Positions 49,324 to 58,519 of a stretch of DNA of 64,000 bases are shown here, in pieces. The notes beneath the pieces are model-generated. The model did no database searches. It was not told the DNA's origin and saw nothing but the letters and a program-made list of their open reading frames with translations. The translations under genes were made by a program, and so were the position numbers. Source of the stretch: Bacilli bacterium (GTDB lineage Bacteria > Bacillota_I > Bacilli_A > RF39 > UBA660); assembly GCA_016293205.1 (NCBI GenBank), contig JAEDES010000002.1, forward strand, positions 4,351 through 68,350, read 5' to 3'. The stretch's first letter is position 1; every line of letters begins with the position of its first letter.

Positions 49324-49346
49324 TTAAATACACTAAAAAGACCCAT
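49320..49346 (-). other. Candidate 8-codon leader uORF (MGLFSVFK) translationally coupled to recF
   Basis: An ATG follows the AGGTGAT RBS. Its TGA stop overlaps the recF ATG (ATGA). recF has no SD of its own. Confidence 0.3.
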
Positions 49347-49391
49347 ATAATCACCTATCCCCTACTTCAGTATTCCTATACATACGTTAAT

Positions 49392-49400
49392 ATTATACCA
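49392..49400 (-). promoter_or_regulatory. Extended -10 promoter element upstream of recF
   Basis: The minus strand reads TGGTATAAT. Confidence 0.4.
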
Positions 49401-49421
49401 TAAATGCCCTTTTAAAGCACT

Positions 49422-49450
49422 AAAAAAATAGTTAAAATTAACTATTTTTT
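49422..49450 (-). terminator. Rho-independent terminator after the comK-like gene
   Basis: AT-rich hairpin AAATAGTT..AACTATTT followed by a U7 run on the minus strand. Confidence 0.5.
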
Positions 49451-49458
49451 CCTTATTT

Positions 49459-49905
49459 TTACTTATTTTTTCGCATTCTCATGATAAAGTCTAGTCTAGA
49501 TGCTCTAGAAAGCTGATTTTCGATAGTTCTAAACGAACAAGGTACTGTAATTTCCCTATTATTATCAAATAAAATCTTAGTACTTGTACTATCAATTTTT
49601 TCAATCTTTTTAACCCTTTTTAATGAAATCCATACACAATCAGCGGCAGCTGGTGATGTTGTTGGAAATACAATTAAATTATCACTATCTTCAACAATAA
49701 TAGGTACTTTATATTCTGCACCTAATATATCTCTAGCACTTTCTTTTCTACCATTATAAGTACTGCCAAAGTATTTACAACTATCCTCCATTATTTTAAA
49801 TGGAACTTCATCCACAATAAATTTCTCATCATCCTCATAAATGATGCTTTTTTCCTCTTCTCCTGGCACAATTGCTAATGTACCATTACTTATCTCATAT
49901 TTCAT
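49459..49905 (-). CDS. ComK-family protein (short form)
   Basis: 148 aa. YEISNGTLAIVP, DSCKYFGSTYNGRKESARDILGAEYKVPIIV and LIVFPTTSPAAADCVWISLKRVKKIEK parallel the B. subtilis ComK core. It lacks the C-terminal ~45 aa. Confidence 0.65.
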   Translation of the reverse strand: MKYEISNGTLAIVPGEEEKSIIYEDDEKFIVDEVPFKIMEDSCKYFGSTYNGRKESARDILGAEYKVPIIVEDSDNLIVFPTTSPAAADCVWISLKRVKKIEKIDSTSTKILFDNNREITVPCSFRTIENQLSRASRLDFIMRMRKNK

Positions 49906-49963
49906 ACTTTTCCCCCTAAATGAGCCTTTTTTACAGGTCTCAACAAATATTTATCACTTTTTT

Positions 49964-49991
49964 TTGTCGATTTTTCTCTATTTATGTCGAA
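49964..49991. promoter_or_regulatory. Two Spo0A-box-like heptamers upstream of the comK-like gene
   Basis: TGTCGAT at 49964-49970 and TGTCGAA at 49985-49991, in the same orientation and 21 bp apart, between the dnaN terminator and the comK-like start. Confidence 0.3.
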
Positions 49992-50004
49992 AATAATAAA
50001 AAAA

Positions 50005-50036
50005 ACAAAAAAAATAGAAGAAATTCATCTTCTATT
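50005..50036 (-). terminator. Rho-independent terminator after dnaN
   Basis: Perfect 9-bp stem AATAGAAGA/TCTTCTATT followed by a long U-run on the minus strand. Confidence 0.7.
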
Positions 50037-50073
50037 TATAATATACACATTAAATTTCAAAATATTTAATAAA

Positions 50074-51201
50074 TTAATATGTTCTAATTGGTAAAACTAA
50101 TTGAGTTAATGTTTCATCTTCTGTAGATTTAATTAAAATAGGTTTAATTTCTCCTACAAAATGAATATCCACAGTTTCTGTTGAAAAACTCTTTAAAGCT
50201 TCCATCATATATTTAGCACTAAATGAAATCTTTATATCTTCATTATTATTCTTAGTAATTGGCATTTTTTCTTCAACTCTACCAATTTCTGCACTACTAC
50301 TTCTTAAAATTAATGTATTTCCATTAGTTTCAAGTGTAACAATGTTCTTTTCTTTATCACTAGTTAAAATACTAACACGATCAATAACACTATAGAAAGA
50401 ATCTAATGTTGTACTAATAATTAAATAAGAATCATCTGGTAATAAATTACTTGTATTTGGATAAGTTCCATTAATTAATCTAGATTCAAATTTTAAATTA
50501 CCATTCTTAAATAAGATCTTATTATTAAAAATATGTAATTCAACTTCTTCTTCGTCATCACCAAGAATTTTTGAAAATTCAATAATATTATGACTAGGAA
50601 TAACAATATTATAGTTTTCTTCACATTCCTTATCTAATTTAACAACTTTTCTAGCTAAACGATATGAATCTGTAGAATTACATTCTAACATATCTCCTAC
50701 TATATTAAAGTTAATACCAGTTAATACAGGTTTACTTTCTTCATTAGATGAAGCAAATGCTGTTTGATTAACAATACTCTTAAATACACCAGCTTTTAAA
50801 ATAACTTTCTTTTTACTTTCTTCTAAACCAATATTAGGATATTCACTTTCACTAATACCATTTAAGTTAAATTCACTATTTTCTGTGTAAATTAAAATCT
50901 TTAATTCATCAATAACATCAATATTAATATATTTATCAGGTAATTTTCTAACAATATCTAAAATATATTTACCTTGAATAATAATACTACCTTCTCTTTC
51001 AATAACAAAGTCATCATCATCATTACAATCAATACTTGTTTGAATAGTAATATCATTATCACTTGCTGTTAAAGTAAGTTTCTTCTTTTTTAATTCAAAT
51101 TTAATACCTGCTAATACTGGGATTAAATTCTTAGTTGAAATAGCTTTTGATACTTTATTTAAAGCATCTAATAATAAATCTTTCTTAATTGTTAATTTCA
51201 T
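50074..51201 (-). CDS. dnaN: DNA polymerase III subunit beta (sliding clamp)
   Basis: 375 aa, three-domain clamp, with MKLTIKKDLLLDALNKVSKAISTKNLIPVLAGIKF and a C-terminal LVLPIRTY. Confidence 0.95.
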   Translation of the reverse strand: MKLTIKKDLLLDALNKVSKAISTKNLIPVLAGIKFELKKKKLTLTASDNDITIQTSIDCNDDDDFVIEREGSIIIQGKYILDIVRKLPDKYINIDVIDELKILIYTENSEFNLNGISESEYPNIGLEESKKKVILKAGVFKSIVNQTAFASSNEESKPVLTGINFNIVGDMLECNSTDSYRLARKVVKLDKECEENYNIVIPSHNIIEFSKILGDDEEEVELHIFNNKILFKNGNLKFESRLINGTYPNTSNLLPDDSYLIISTTLDSFYSVIDRVSILTSDKEKNIVTLETNGNTLILRSSSAEIGRVEEKMPITKNNNEDIKISFSAKYMMEALKSFSTETVDIHFVGEIKPILIKSTEDETLTQLVLPIRTY

Positions 51202-51334
51202 ATAATATTCCTTCTTTCTTTTATAGTTTTATTATTATTACTGTGGAAATTGTGGAAAACATTATTTTTCTCTTATATAACAACGAATTCTTATCAACAA
51301 CCACTGTGGATAAAATGTTTTTCTTTCCACACTT
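51202..51334. other. oriC, dnaA-dnaN half (DnaA boxes plus trio-like repeat and AT-rich tract)
   Basis: DnaA boxes are TGTGGAAAT (51242-51250), TGTGGAAAA (51251-51259), TTATCAACA (51291-51299), TGTGGATAA (51305-51313, perfect) and CTTTCCACA (51323-51331). A (TTA)4 repeat at 51229-51240 abuts the tandem boxes. Confidence 0.75.
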
Positions 51335-52714
51335 TTACACAACCCCGATATCTTTTTTCAATTTTTCAATGATATTAGCTAAATCTTTATTAACTTTTAT
51401 CTCGTTTTCTATCTTTTCAACAGAATGCATTACTGTAGAATGGTCTTTACCTCCAAATTCTGTTCCTATCTTAGGAAAAGACTCATTTGTAAGACTTCTT
51501 ACTAAATACATAGCAATTTGTCTTGGAAATGAGATATTAGAGCTTCTCTTTTTACTTCTTATATCTTCAACAGATATTTGGAAGTATTCAGATACAATCT
51601 TTTGTATTCGATGAACATCATCTTTTTCTCCCATTCCTTTACTTATATAGTCTTTTAATGCTTCTATTGCTAAATCTAAAGTTATTTCAGAACCACCCAT
51701 TATAGCAGAATAAGCAATAACTCTAGTAATAGACCCTTCTAGATTTCTAACATCAGTATTGATATTAGAAGCTATATATTCTATAACATCTTCAGGAATT
51801 TCTTGTTCAAAATTGCCAGCAATTATCTTCTTTTTTATAATTTCTGTTCTAAGTGCAAAGTCTGGGGGAAAAATATTAACTGTTAATCCCCAACAAAACC
51901 TTGTTTTTAAACGGTCTTCAAATACTTTTAAGTCATCAGGAGACCTATCTGATGAAATAATAATTTGTTTATTATCATTATGTAAATAATTAAACGTATT
52001 AAAGAATTCGTTCTGAGTACCAGAAGCACCACTTAAGAATTGAATATCATCGATTATTAATACATCTATATTTCTATACTTATCTTTAAAGAAATCAATA
52101 AAACTTAAATTAGTACCTTTATCATCTTTCTTAGTCATACTAATAAAATCTTGTATAAATTGATCACTTGTAACGTATAAAACCTTTTTATTTGAATGTT
52201 CTACCATATAATTACCAATAGCATGCATCAAATGTGTCTTCCCTAACCCACTATTTCCATATATAAATAAAGGATTATACATATTTCCTGGATTCTCAGC
52301 TACAGAAATCGCAGCAGCATGTGCAAACTTATTAGTATTCCCGACTATAAAGTTATCAAACGTATATTTTGACATTAAATTTGAACGAAAAGGAATTGCT
52401 TTATTAATAGTATTATCAACAGAATTGTTAATAACTTCTCCACTACTCTCCTCTTCCTCCTCAACTATATCATCTTCCGTCCATAAAACTATATCATAAT
52501 TACTACCTGTAACATCTGATAAAACCTTAACAATTAAATCATAATAGTTATCCATAATGTGCTTCTTATGTATTGATAAAGGAACGATAATATAAGCATT
52601 TTCATTATGTAACTTATATAATTTTGTTTCTGAAAACCACGTATTAAATAAAACTGGAGACAGTTCGTCTTTGATTCGTTCTAAAAAGTTAGACCATAAA
52701 ACATCAACGTTCAT
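51335..52714 (-). CDS. dnaA: Chromosomal replication initiator protein DnaA
   Basis: AAA+ motifs GNSGLGKTHLMHAI and IIDDIQFL, and a domain IV ending in KDHSTVMHS. Start set at MNVDVLWSNF, 9 nt after the GGGGGAG RBS; the ORF track begins 6 codons earlier at GTG. Confidence 0.97.
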   Translation of the reverse strand: MNVDVLWSNFLERIKDELSPVLFNTWFSETKLYKLHNENAYIIVPLSIHKKHIMDNYYDLIVKVLSDVTGSNYDIVLWTEDDIVEEEEESSGEVINNSVDNTINKAIPFRSNLMSKYTFDNFIVGNTNKFAHAAAISVAENPGNMYNPLFIYGNSGLGKTHLMHAIGNYMVEHSNKKVLYVTSDQFIQDFISMTKKDDKGTNLSFIDFFKDKYRNIDVLIIDDIQFLSGASGTQNEFFNTFNYLHNDNKQIIISSDRSPDDLKVFEDRLKTRFCWGLTVNIFPPDFALRTEIIKKKIIAGNFEQEIPEDVIEYIASNINTDVRNLEGSITRVIAYSAIMGGSEITLDLAIEALKDYISKGMGEKDDVHRIQKIVSEYFQISVEDIRSKKRSSNISFPRQIAMYLVRSLTNESFPKIGTEFGGKDHSTVMHSVEKIENEIKVNKDLANIIEKLKKDIGVV

Positions 52715-52879
52715 TGTTACCATCTCCCCCACAAAGTAATTAAACTACAATTATTCTACCTTAAAAATAAAAAAATGAAAACAATTTTTATCAAAAAATT
52801 AATTTTCTTTTTCCTAGTAAAAATAAATGTCAATTTTCCATTCAGTGAACTACTATAAATCATTATAAAACAAAAAACA

Positions 52880-53075
52880 ACCCCTACTTTTCAACAATTT
52901 TATAGTGGATAAAATAATCACAAAAAGTGGATAAAAACTTATCAACAGGATATCAACAGAGTTTTCAACAACTCAAATCATTGATATATATAGTTAAAAC
53001 TAAGTTTTCCACATTTTCAACAATTTTTAATTTCACAAGTTCAAAAAAGTTCTCCACATACCTGTGGAAACTGTT
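52880..53075. other. oriC, rpmH-dnaA half (DnaA-box array)
   Basis: At least 10 DnaA-box-like 9-mers are present. Examples: AGTGGATAA at 52904 and 52926, TTATCAACA at 52939, TTTTCCACA at 53005, TTCTCCACA at 53050 and TGTGGAAAC at 53063. None is a perfect consensus match. Confidence 0.75.
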
Positions 53076-53112
53076 TAAAACTATTTAATATTTATAAAAA
53101 AATAACTTTTAA

Positions 53113-53142
53113 TTGACAAAAACACACTTTTCTTATTATAAT
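53113..53142 (+). promoter_or_regulatory. rpmH promoter
   Basis: TTGACA (53113-53118), 18 nt spacer, TATAAT (53137-53142). Confidence 0.55.
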
Positions 53143-53172
53143 AATGGAGATTTATGTCTGGAGGTGGAACAA

Positions 53173-53295
53173 ATGAAAAGAACATATCAACCAAATAATC
53201 GTAAAAAAGCAAAAAGATTAGGATTCTTTGCACGTAAAAAAACAAATATTTTAAATCGTCGTCGTCGTAAAGGACGTAAGAGTCTTTGCAAATAA
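53173..53295 (+). CDS. rpmH: 50S ribosomal protein L34
   Basis: MKRTYQPNNRKKAKRLGFFARKKTNILNRRRRKGRKSLCK, with a GGAGGTGG RBS upstream. The 20-codon N-terminal extension in the ORF track is spurious. Confidence 0.9.
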   Translation: MKRTYQPNNRKKAKRLGFFARKKTNILNRRRRKGRKSLCK

Positions 53296-53302
53296 TAAAA
53301 TT

Positions 53303-53327
53303 ACCGCTGCTAAAACAGTGGTTTTTT
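53303..53327 (+). terminator. Hairpin/attenuator after rpmH
   Basis: ACCGCTG-CTAAAA-CAGTGGT followed by a T6 run. Confidence 0.5.
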
Positions 53328-53355
53328 ACTCTTAATATAAAAAAAGGTGATATTA

Positions 53356-53706
53356 ATGAGAAAACTTTACATAGTTAAAGATAAAAGGGATTTTGACAAG
53401 ATTATAAATAATAATAAGGTTAGAAAAAGTAGGTATTATGTAATATATCATCAAGAAAACTCATTTCCTTATGATAGATTCGGTATTTCTGTAGGTAAAA
53501 AGATAGGAAATGCCGTATATCGTAATAAACATAAGAGAAAATTAAGAGCAATAATTGATAATTATAAAAAATCCTATGTAAATAGCCAAGATTATATTAT
53601 AATATTAAGAGGAAGTGCAAAAAATATCCCATATCAAGAATTAAATGATGACTTCCTAAAATTAATGACTATCATAAGGAAGGATATAAAAAATGAAAAA
53701 AACTAA
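53356..53706 (+). CDS. rnpA: Ribonuclease P protein component
   Basis: About 116 aa, basic, with FGISVGKKIGNAVYRNKHKRKLR (the RNR motif region). The ATG after the AAGGTGAT RBS is preferred. Confidence 0.88.
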   Translation: MRKLYIVKDKRDFDKIINNNKVRKSRYYVIYHQENSFPYDRFGISVGKKIGNAVYRNKHKRKLRAIIDNYKKSYVNSQDYIIILRGSAKNIPYQELNDDFLKLMTIIRKDIKNEKN

Positions 53707-54628
53707 GAACAGATTAAAAGTACTATTAATTATTTCTTTAGTATTTTTAACAACTGGATGTGCAACAACATTAACAGATAAAGAAAAACAACCGGTTAAA
53801 AATGAAGTAACTGGTCAAAATCTTATCGAAAACATTATTTGTAAACCAACTGATAAAGAAACTATCAAGGTATATGAAAAAAATGGAGTTAACATAAAAA
53901 AACTACCAGATTGTAATGAATTTAAGATAAGTGATGGTAAATATGAAAGTTTATGGACAACATTCTTTATAAAACCTCTATCATTTATCATTATAAAAAT
54001 AGGGGAGATAGTTAAAAATTATGCTATAGCAGTAATTTTAGTAAGTTTAGCAATTAGATTAATTGCTTTCCCAATAACAAGAAAGACTGCATTACAATCC
54101 GAATTAATAAAGAAAGCTCAACCAGAAATTGAAAGAATTCAAAAGAAATATAAAGATAAACAAGATCAAGAATCTATGATGAAACAAAATCAAGAATTAT
54201 TAGCTGTTTATCAAAAATATAATATCAATCCAATGTCAGGATGTTTATTCTCAATGTTACAATTACCTTTATTTATAGCATTCTTCGAAGCAATTCAAAG
54301 AACACCAGCTATATTTGAAGATGTTTTCTTAGGATTACAATTAGGAACAACACCTGCAGTAGGTATTACTTCAGCAACATTCTATATGTATGCAATATTA
54401 GTAATTTTAATAGGAACAACAACTTATTTATCATTTAAGATGAATTCAACAGGTAATATGCAAGATCCTAGTATGAAAATGATGCCATATATGATGACTG
54501 GTATGATTATATTTACATCTTTATTCATGCCATCAGCATTAGGAATATATTGGATAACAACAAATGTATTTACAATTATTCAAAATATTTTAGTGAAAAG
54601 GAGTAAAGAAGCCCATGGAAAAGCATAA
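53693..54628 (+). CDS. yidC: Membrane protein insertase YidC/SpoIIIJ (lipoprotein form)
   Basis: 311 aa with a lipobox LTTGC and the Oxa1-family core (LAIRLIAFPIT..., MKMMPYMM). Confidence 0.9.
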   Translation: MKKTKNRLKVLLIISLVFLTTGCATTLTDKEKQPVKNEVTGQNLIENIICKPTDKETIKVYEKNGVNIKKLPDCNEFKISDGKYESLWTTFFIKPLSFIIIKIGEIVKNYAIAVILVSLAIRLIAFPITRKTALQSELIKKAQPEIERIQKKYKDKQDQESMMKQNQELLAVYQKYNINPMSGCLFSMLQLPLFIAFFEAIQRTPAIFEDVFLGLQLGTTPAVGITSATFYMYAILVILIGTTTYLSFKMNSTGNMQDPSMKMMPYMMTGMIIFTSLFMPSALGIYWITTNVFTIIQNILVKRSKEAHGKA

Positions 54629-55229
54629 ATATCAAGGAAAAACATTAGAAGAAGCAAAAGAACAAGCAAAAATTGATTTACAAGAAGTAGAAGAAAACTT
54701 AATAATTAAACAAGAAGAAGAAATAAAAGGCGGATTATTCAAAAGTAAAAAAATAGAAATTGAAGTAATTGAAAAAAGAGAAGTAGTTAAATATATTAAG
54801 GAATACTTAGTAAAATTGTTAAAAAACTTAGGATTCCAAGTAAATATTGAAATAAAAAATAAAGAAGCTATTCCTACATATTTAATTTATTCTGATAATG
54901 ATGCATTATTAATAGGAAAGAATGGTAAAAATCTAAAAGCATTAAGTGTTGTAGTAAATCAACATATTAATAAAGAATTAGGAAAAACATTCAAATTCAT
55001 TATAGATATCAATTCATACAAAGAAAAACATGAAAAATCAATAGAATATCTAGCTAAAAAGATTGCTAGAGAAGTAGCAACTTCAAAAATACCTGTTAAA
55101 TTAGATTCAATGAATTCATACGAAAGACGTATAGTTCACAATATTTTAACTAATAATAAGAAAGTTTACACTGAAAGTGAAGGGGAAGAACCAAACCGTT
55201 GTGTAGTAATTAAACCAAAAGAAGATTAA
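54615..55229 (+). CDS. jag: Jag/KhpB RNA-binding protein (Jag_N, KH and R3H domains)
   Basis: 204 aa with the C-terminal R3H region SYERRIVHNIL. Follows yidC. Confidence 0.85.
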   Translation: MEKHKYQGKTLEEAKEQAKIDLQEVEENLIIKQEEEIKGGLFKSKKIEIEVIEKREVVKYIKEYLVKLLKNLGFQVNIEIKNKEAIPTYLIYSDNDALLIGKNGKNLKALSVVVNQHINKELGKTFKFIIDINSYKEKHEKSIEYLAKKIAREVATSKIPVKLDSMNSYERRIVHNILTNNKKVYTESEGEEPNRCVVIKPKED

Positions 55230-55242
55230 TTCTTCTTTTTTT
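55217..55242 (+). terminator. Rho-independent terminator after jag
   Basis: AAAGAAG-(7 nt)-CTTCTTT followed by a T-run, overlapping the stop codon. Confidence 0.5.
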
Positions 55243-55291
55243 TATGATATAAGTGTGCTATAATATGGTAGAAAAAAAGGGAGGAATCCGC

Positions 55292-56644
55292 ATGAATGAC
55301 ACAATAGTAGCAATTTCTACTACAATGGGAGTAGGAGCAATTTCAATAATTAGACTAAGTGGAAAAGATGCAATATCAATAGTAAATCAATGTTTTAAAG
55401 GCAAAAATTTAGAAGAAGTACCGACACATACAATTAATTATGGCCATATTTATGATGGAGAAGAATTAATTGATGAAGTATTAGTATCAGTAATGAAAGG
55501 ACCAAGAAGTTTTACTGCTGAAGATGTAGTAGAAGTAAATAGTCATGGTGGAATCATTACAACTAATAGAATCTTAGAAACAATGTTAAATCATGGAGCT
55601 AGATTAGCAGAACCAGGAGAATTTACAAAAAGAGCATTCTTAAATGGACGTATTGACCTAGTAAAAAGTGAAGCTGTAATGGATTTAATTGAAAGTAAAA
55701 GCGATGAAGCTAGAAAAATGGCACTATCTCAATTAGGAGGAACAACTTCAACTTTAATTACTAACTTTAGAAATACTTTAAAACAATTATTATCATCAAT
55801 AGAAGTAAATATAGATTATCCAGAATACTATGATATTGAAGTAATGACTGTAGAAAAAATAAAAGAACAAGTGTCAATCATGAAAAAAGAATTACAAGAA
55901 TTAGTAAAATCTAGTGAAAATACTGCTACAATAAAAAATGGTATAAAAACTGTTATTCTAGGTAAACCAAATGTAGGAAAGAGTAGTATTCTAAATAAAT
56001 TATTAGAAAAAGATAAAGCAATAGTAACAGATATAGCAGGAACAACAAGAGATATAGTAGAAGGTGAAATATATCTAGATGGAGTACTACTTAATATAAT
56101 TGATACTGCAGGAATCAGAGAAACTGATGATGTAGTAGAAAGAATTGGTGTAGAAAAAAGTTTATCTATGATCAATGATGCTGACTTAATTATAGTTGTT
56201 TTAAATAGTAATGAAGAATTATCTGATGAAGATAAAGAAATCCTCGAAAAGACTAAAGATAAAACAAGAATTATAGTTTTAAACAAAAACGACTTAGATA
56301 AAAAACTAGTAATACCAACAGATTTAAAAAATGTAGTAGAAACAAATACAAATGATATAGATGGAATTACATCTTTGAAGAAAAAAATAAAAGAGTTATT
56401 TAATTTAGAACAAATAGCAACAAAAGACTATACATATTTAGCAAATAGCCGTCAAATTTCTTTAGCAAAACAAGCGTATAAAAATTTATTAGATGCAGAA
56501 CAAGCAATAAAAGATGATCAACCAGTTGATATGATTGAAATTGATTTAAAAGAATGTTTTGATACATTAGGAGAAATCATCGGGGCGACTTATAGTGAAG
56601 AAATTATTGATAACTTATTTGAAAATTTCTGTGTAGGAAAATAG
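55292..56644 (+). CDS. mnmE: tRNA modification GTPase MnmE
   Basis: MNDTIVAISTTMGVGAISIIRLSG start, G-domain motifs GKPNVGKSS, DTAGIRE and NKND, and a C-terminal CVGK. Confidence 0.95.
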   Translation: MNDTIVAISTTMGVGAISIIRLSGKDAISIVNQCFKGKNLEEVPTHTINYGHIYDGEELIDEVLVSVMKGPRSFTAEDVVEVNSHGGIITTNRILETMLNHGARLAEPGEFTKRAFLNGRIDLVKSEAVMDLIESKSDEARKMALSQLGGTTSTLITNFRNTLKQLLSSIEVNIDYPEYYDIEVMTVEKIKEQVSIMKKELQELVKSSENTATIKNGIKTVILGKPNVGKSSILNKLLEKDKAIVTDIAGTTRDIVEGEIYLDGVLLNIIDTAGIRETDDVVERIGVEKSLSMINDADLIIVVLNSNEELSDEDKEILEKTKDKTRIIVLNKNDLDKKLVIPTDLKNVVETNTNDIDGITSLKKKIKELFNLEQIATKDYTYLANSRQISLAKQAYKNLLDAEQAIKDDQPVDMIEIDLKECFDTLGEIIGATYSEEIIDNLFENFCVGK

Positions 56645-56656
56645 GAAGTGAATATA

Positions 56657-58519
56657 ATGAAATACGAAATTATAGTAGTAGGTGGAGGCCATGCAGGATG
56701 TGAAGCAGCTCTAGCCGGTGCAAGAAAAAATCACAAAACTCTACTAATTACAGGAAATATAAAAAATATTGCAGACATGCCATGTAATCCATCAATTGGT
56801 GGACCAGCTAAAGGTATCGTTGTAAGAGAAATAGATGCATTAGGTGGAGAAATGGGAAGAAATGCTGATAAAGGTGCTATCCAAATAAAAATGTTAAATA
56901 CTAAAAAAGGACCAGCAGTTCAAGCATTACGTGCTCAAGCAGATAAAATAACTTATCCGCAAGAAATGTTGAAAACTCTACAAGCGACAGAAAACCTTGA
57001 AATTAAAGAAGCAATGGTAGAAAAACTATTAGTAGAAAATAATAAAGTAGTAGGAGTAGAGTTAGCAAATGGAGAAACAATTAATGCTGATGCTGTAATT
57101 TTAACTACTGGAACATATTTAAGAAGTGCAATTTTAGTAGGAGATAATAAAACTCCAGGTGGACCACATGGTGAAAAAGAATCAAAACACTTAAGTACAC
57201 ATTTAAAAGAATTAGGATTTACAATACTAAGGCTAAAAACAGGAACACCTCAAAGAATTGATAAAAATTCAATAGATTATTCAAAAACATCACTAGAGCC
57301 AGGAGACCCTGAAATAAGAACATTCTCATTTGATAATAAAGCATATTATGAAATAGAAGACCAAGTACCATGTCATTTAATTTATACAACAGAAGAAACT
57401 CATAACATTATTAGAGAACATTTAAATGAATCAAGTATGTATGGTGGTTATGTTGAAGGAATAGGTCCAAGATATTGTCCATCAATTGAAGATAAAATTG
57501 TAAGATTTGGTGAAAAAGAAAGACATCAGTTATTCTTAGAACCAGAAAGTAGATATTATGATGATATTTATATTCAAGGTTTCTCAACAAGCATGCCACA
57601 TTATGTACAAGATCAAATGGTAAGAAGCTTACCAGGTCTAGAAAATGCCAAAATATTAAAATATGCTTATGCAATCGAATATGATGCAATCGATTCAAGA
57701 CAACTAAAACAATCATTGGAAACAAAATTAATAGAAAATTTATATACAGCAGGTCAAATTAATGGAACTAGTGGATACGAAGAAGCAGCAGGACAAGGAT
57801 TAATTGCAGGAATTAATGCTGCATTAAAATTAGAAGGAAAAGCACCATTAATCTTAAAAAGAAATGAATCATATATCGGTGTATTAATAGATGATTTAGT
57901 AACAAAAGGAGTAAAAGATCCTTATAGATTATTAACATCCCGTGCTGAATATAGATTATTATTAAGAAATGATAATGCTGATATAAGATTAAGAGACTAT
58001 GGATATCAAGTTGGATTAGTAGATGAAGAAAGATATCAAAAATTTACTAATAAAAAACAACAAATAAAAGAATTTACAGAGTTATTACAAACAACAAGAA
58101 TTACACCAAAGAAAGAAACTAATGAATACTTAGAATCGATAGAAACAACACCATTAAAAGATGGCATATCATTATATGAATTCTTAAAAAGACCAGAAGT
58201 AACATTGGAACATATAGCTCATTTTGTAGAAATACCAGAAGATAAAGAAGTAAAAGAACAAGTAGAAATAAATACTAAGTATGAAGGATATATAAAGAAA
58301 TCATTAAAAGAAGCAGAAAAGATGCTAGCTTTAGAAGAAAAACAAATTCCTTCAACAATCGATTATAGTAAAGTTCCTAATTTAGCAAGTGAAGCAAGAC
58401 AAAAATTAGCAGAAATTATGCCAACAACAATAGGTCAAGCATCAAGAATAAGTGGAGTAAATCCTGCGGATATATCAATCTTAATGGTATATTTAAGAAG
58501 AAATGGTGCTCATGAATAA
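56657..58519 (+). CDS. mnmG: tRNA uridine 5-carboxymethylaminomethyl modification enzyme MnmG
   Basis: FAD-binding [12 protein letters not shown] and the [13 protein letters not shown] motif. The ATG 8 nt after the AGGAAG RBS is preferred. Confidence 0.95.
   Translation: MKYEIIVVGGGHAGCEAALAGARKNHKTLLITGNIKNIADMPCNPSIGGPAKGIVVREIDALGGEMGRNADKGAIQIKMLNTKKGPAVQALRAQADKITYPQEMLKTLQATENLEIKEAMVEKLLVENNKVVGVELANGETINADAVILTTGTYLRSAILVGDNKTPGGPHGEKESKHLSTHLKELGFTILRLKTGTPQRIDKNSIDYSKTSLEPGDPEIRTFSFDNKAYYEIEDQVPCHLIYTTEETHNIIREHLNESSMYGGYVEGIGPRYCPSIEDKIVRFGEKERHQLFLEPESRYYDDIYIQGFSTSMPHYVQDQMVRSLPGLENAKILKYAYAIEYDAIDSRQLKQSLETKLIENLYTAGQINGTSGYEEAAGQGLIAGINAALKLEGKAPLILKRNESYIGVLIDDLVTKGVKDPYRLLTSRAEYRLLLRNDNADIRLRDYGYQVGLVDEERYQKFTNKKQQIKEFTELLQTTRITPKKETNEYLESIETTPLKDGISLYEFLKRPEVTLEHIAHFVEIPEDKEVKEQVEINTKYEGYIKKSLKEAEKMLALEEKQIPSTIDYSKVPNLASEARQKLAEIMPTTIGQASRISGVNPADISILMVYLRRNGAHE

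Noticed and set aside
53113-53172. N-terminal 20-codon extension of the rpmH ORF (MTKTHFSYYNNGDLCLEVEQ)
   Set aside because: The extension begins inside the predicted -35 box. A strong GGAGGTGG RBS precedes the internal ATG at 53173, which gives the canonical L34 start MKRTYQPN.
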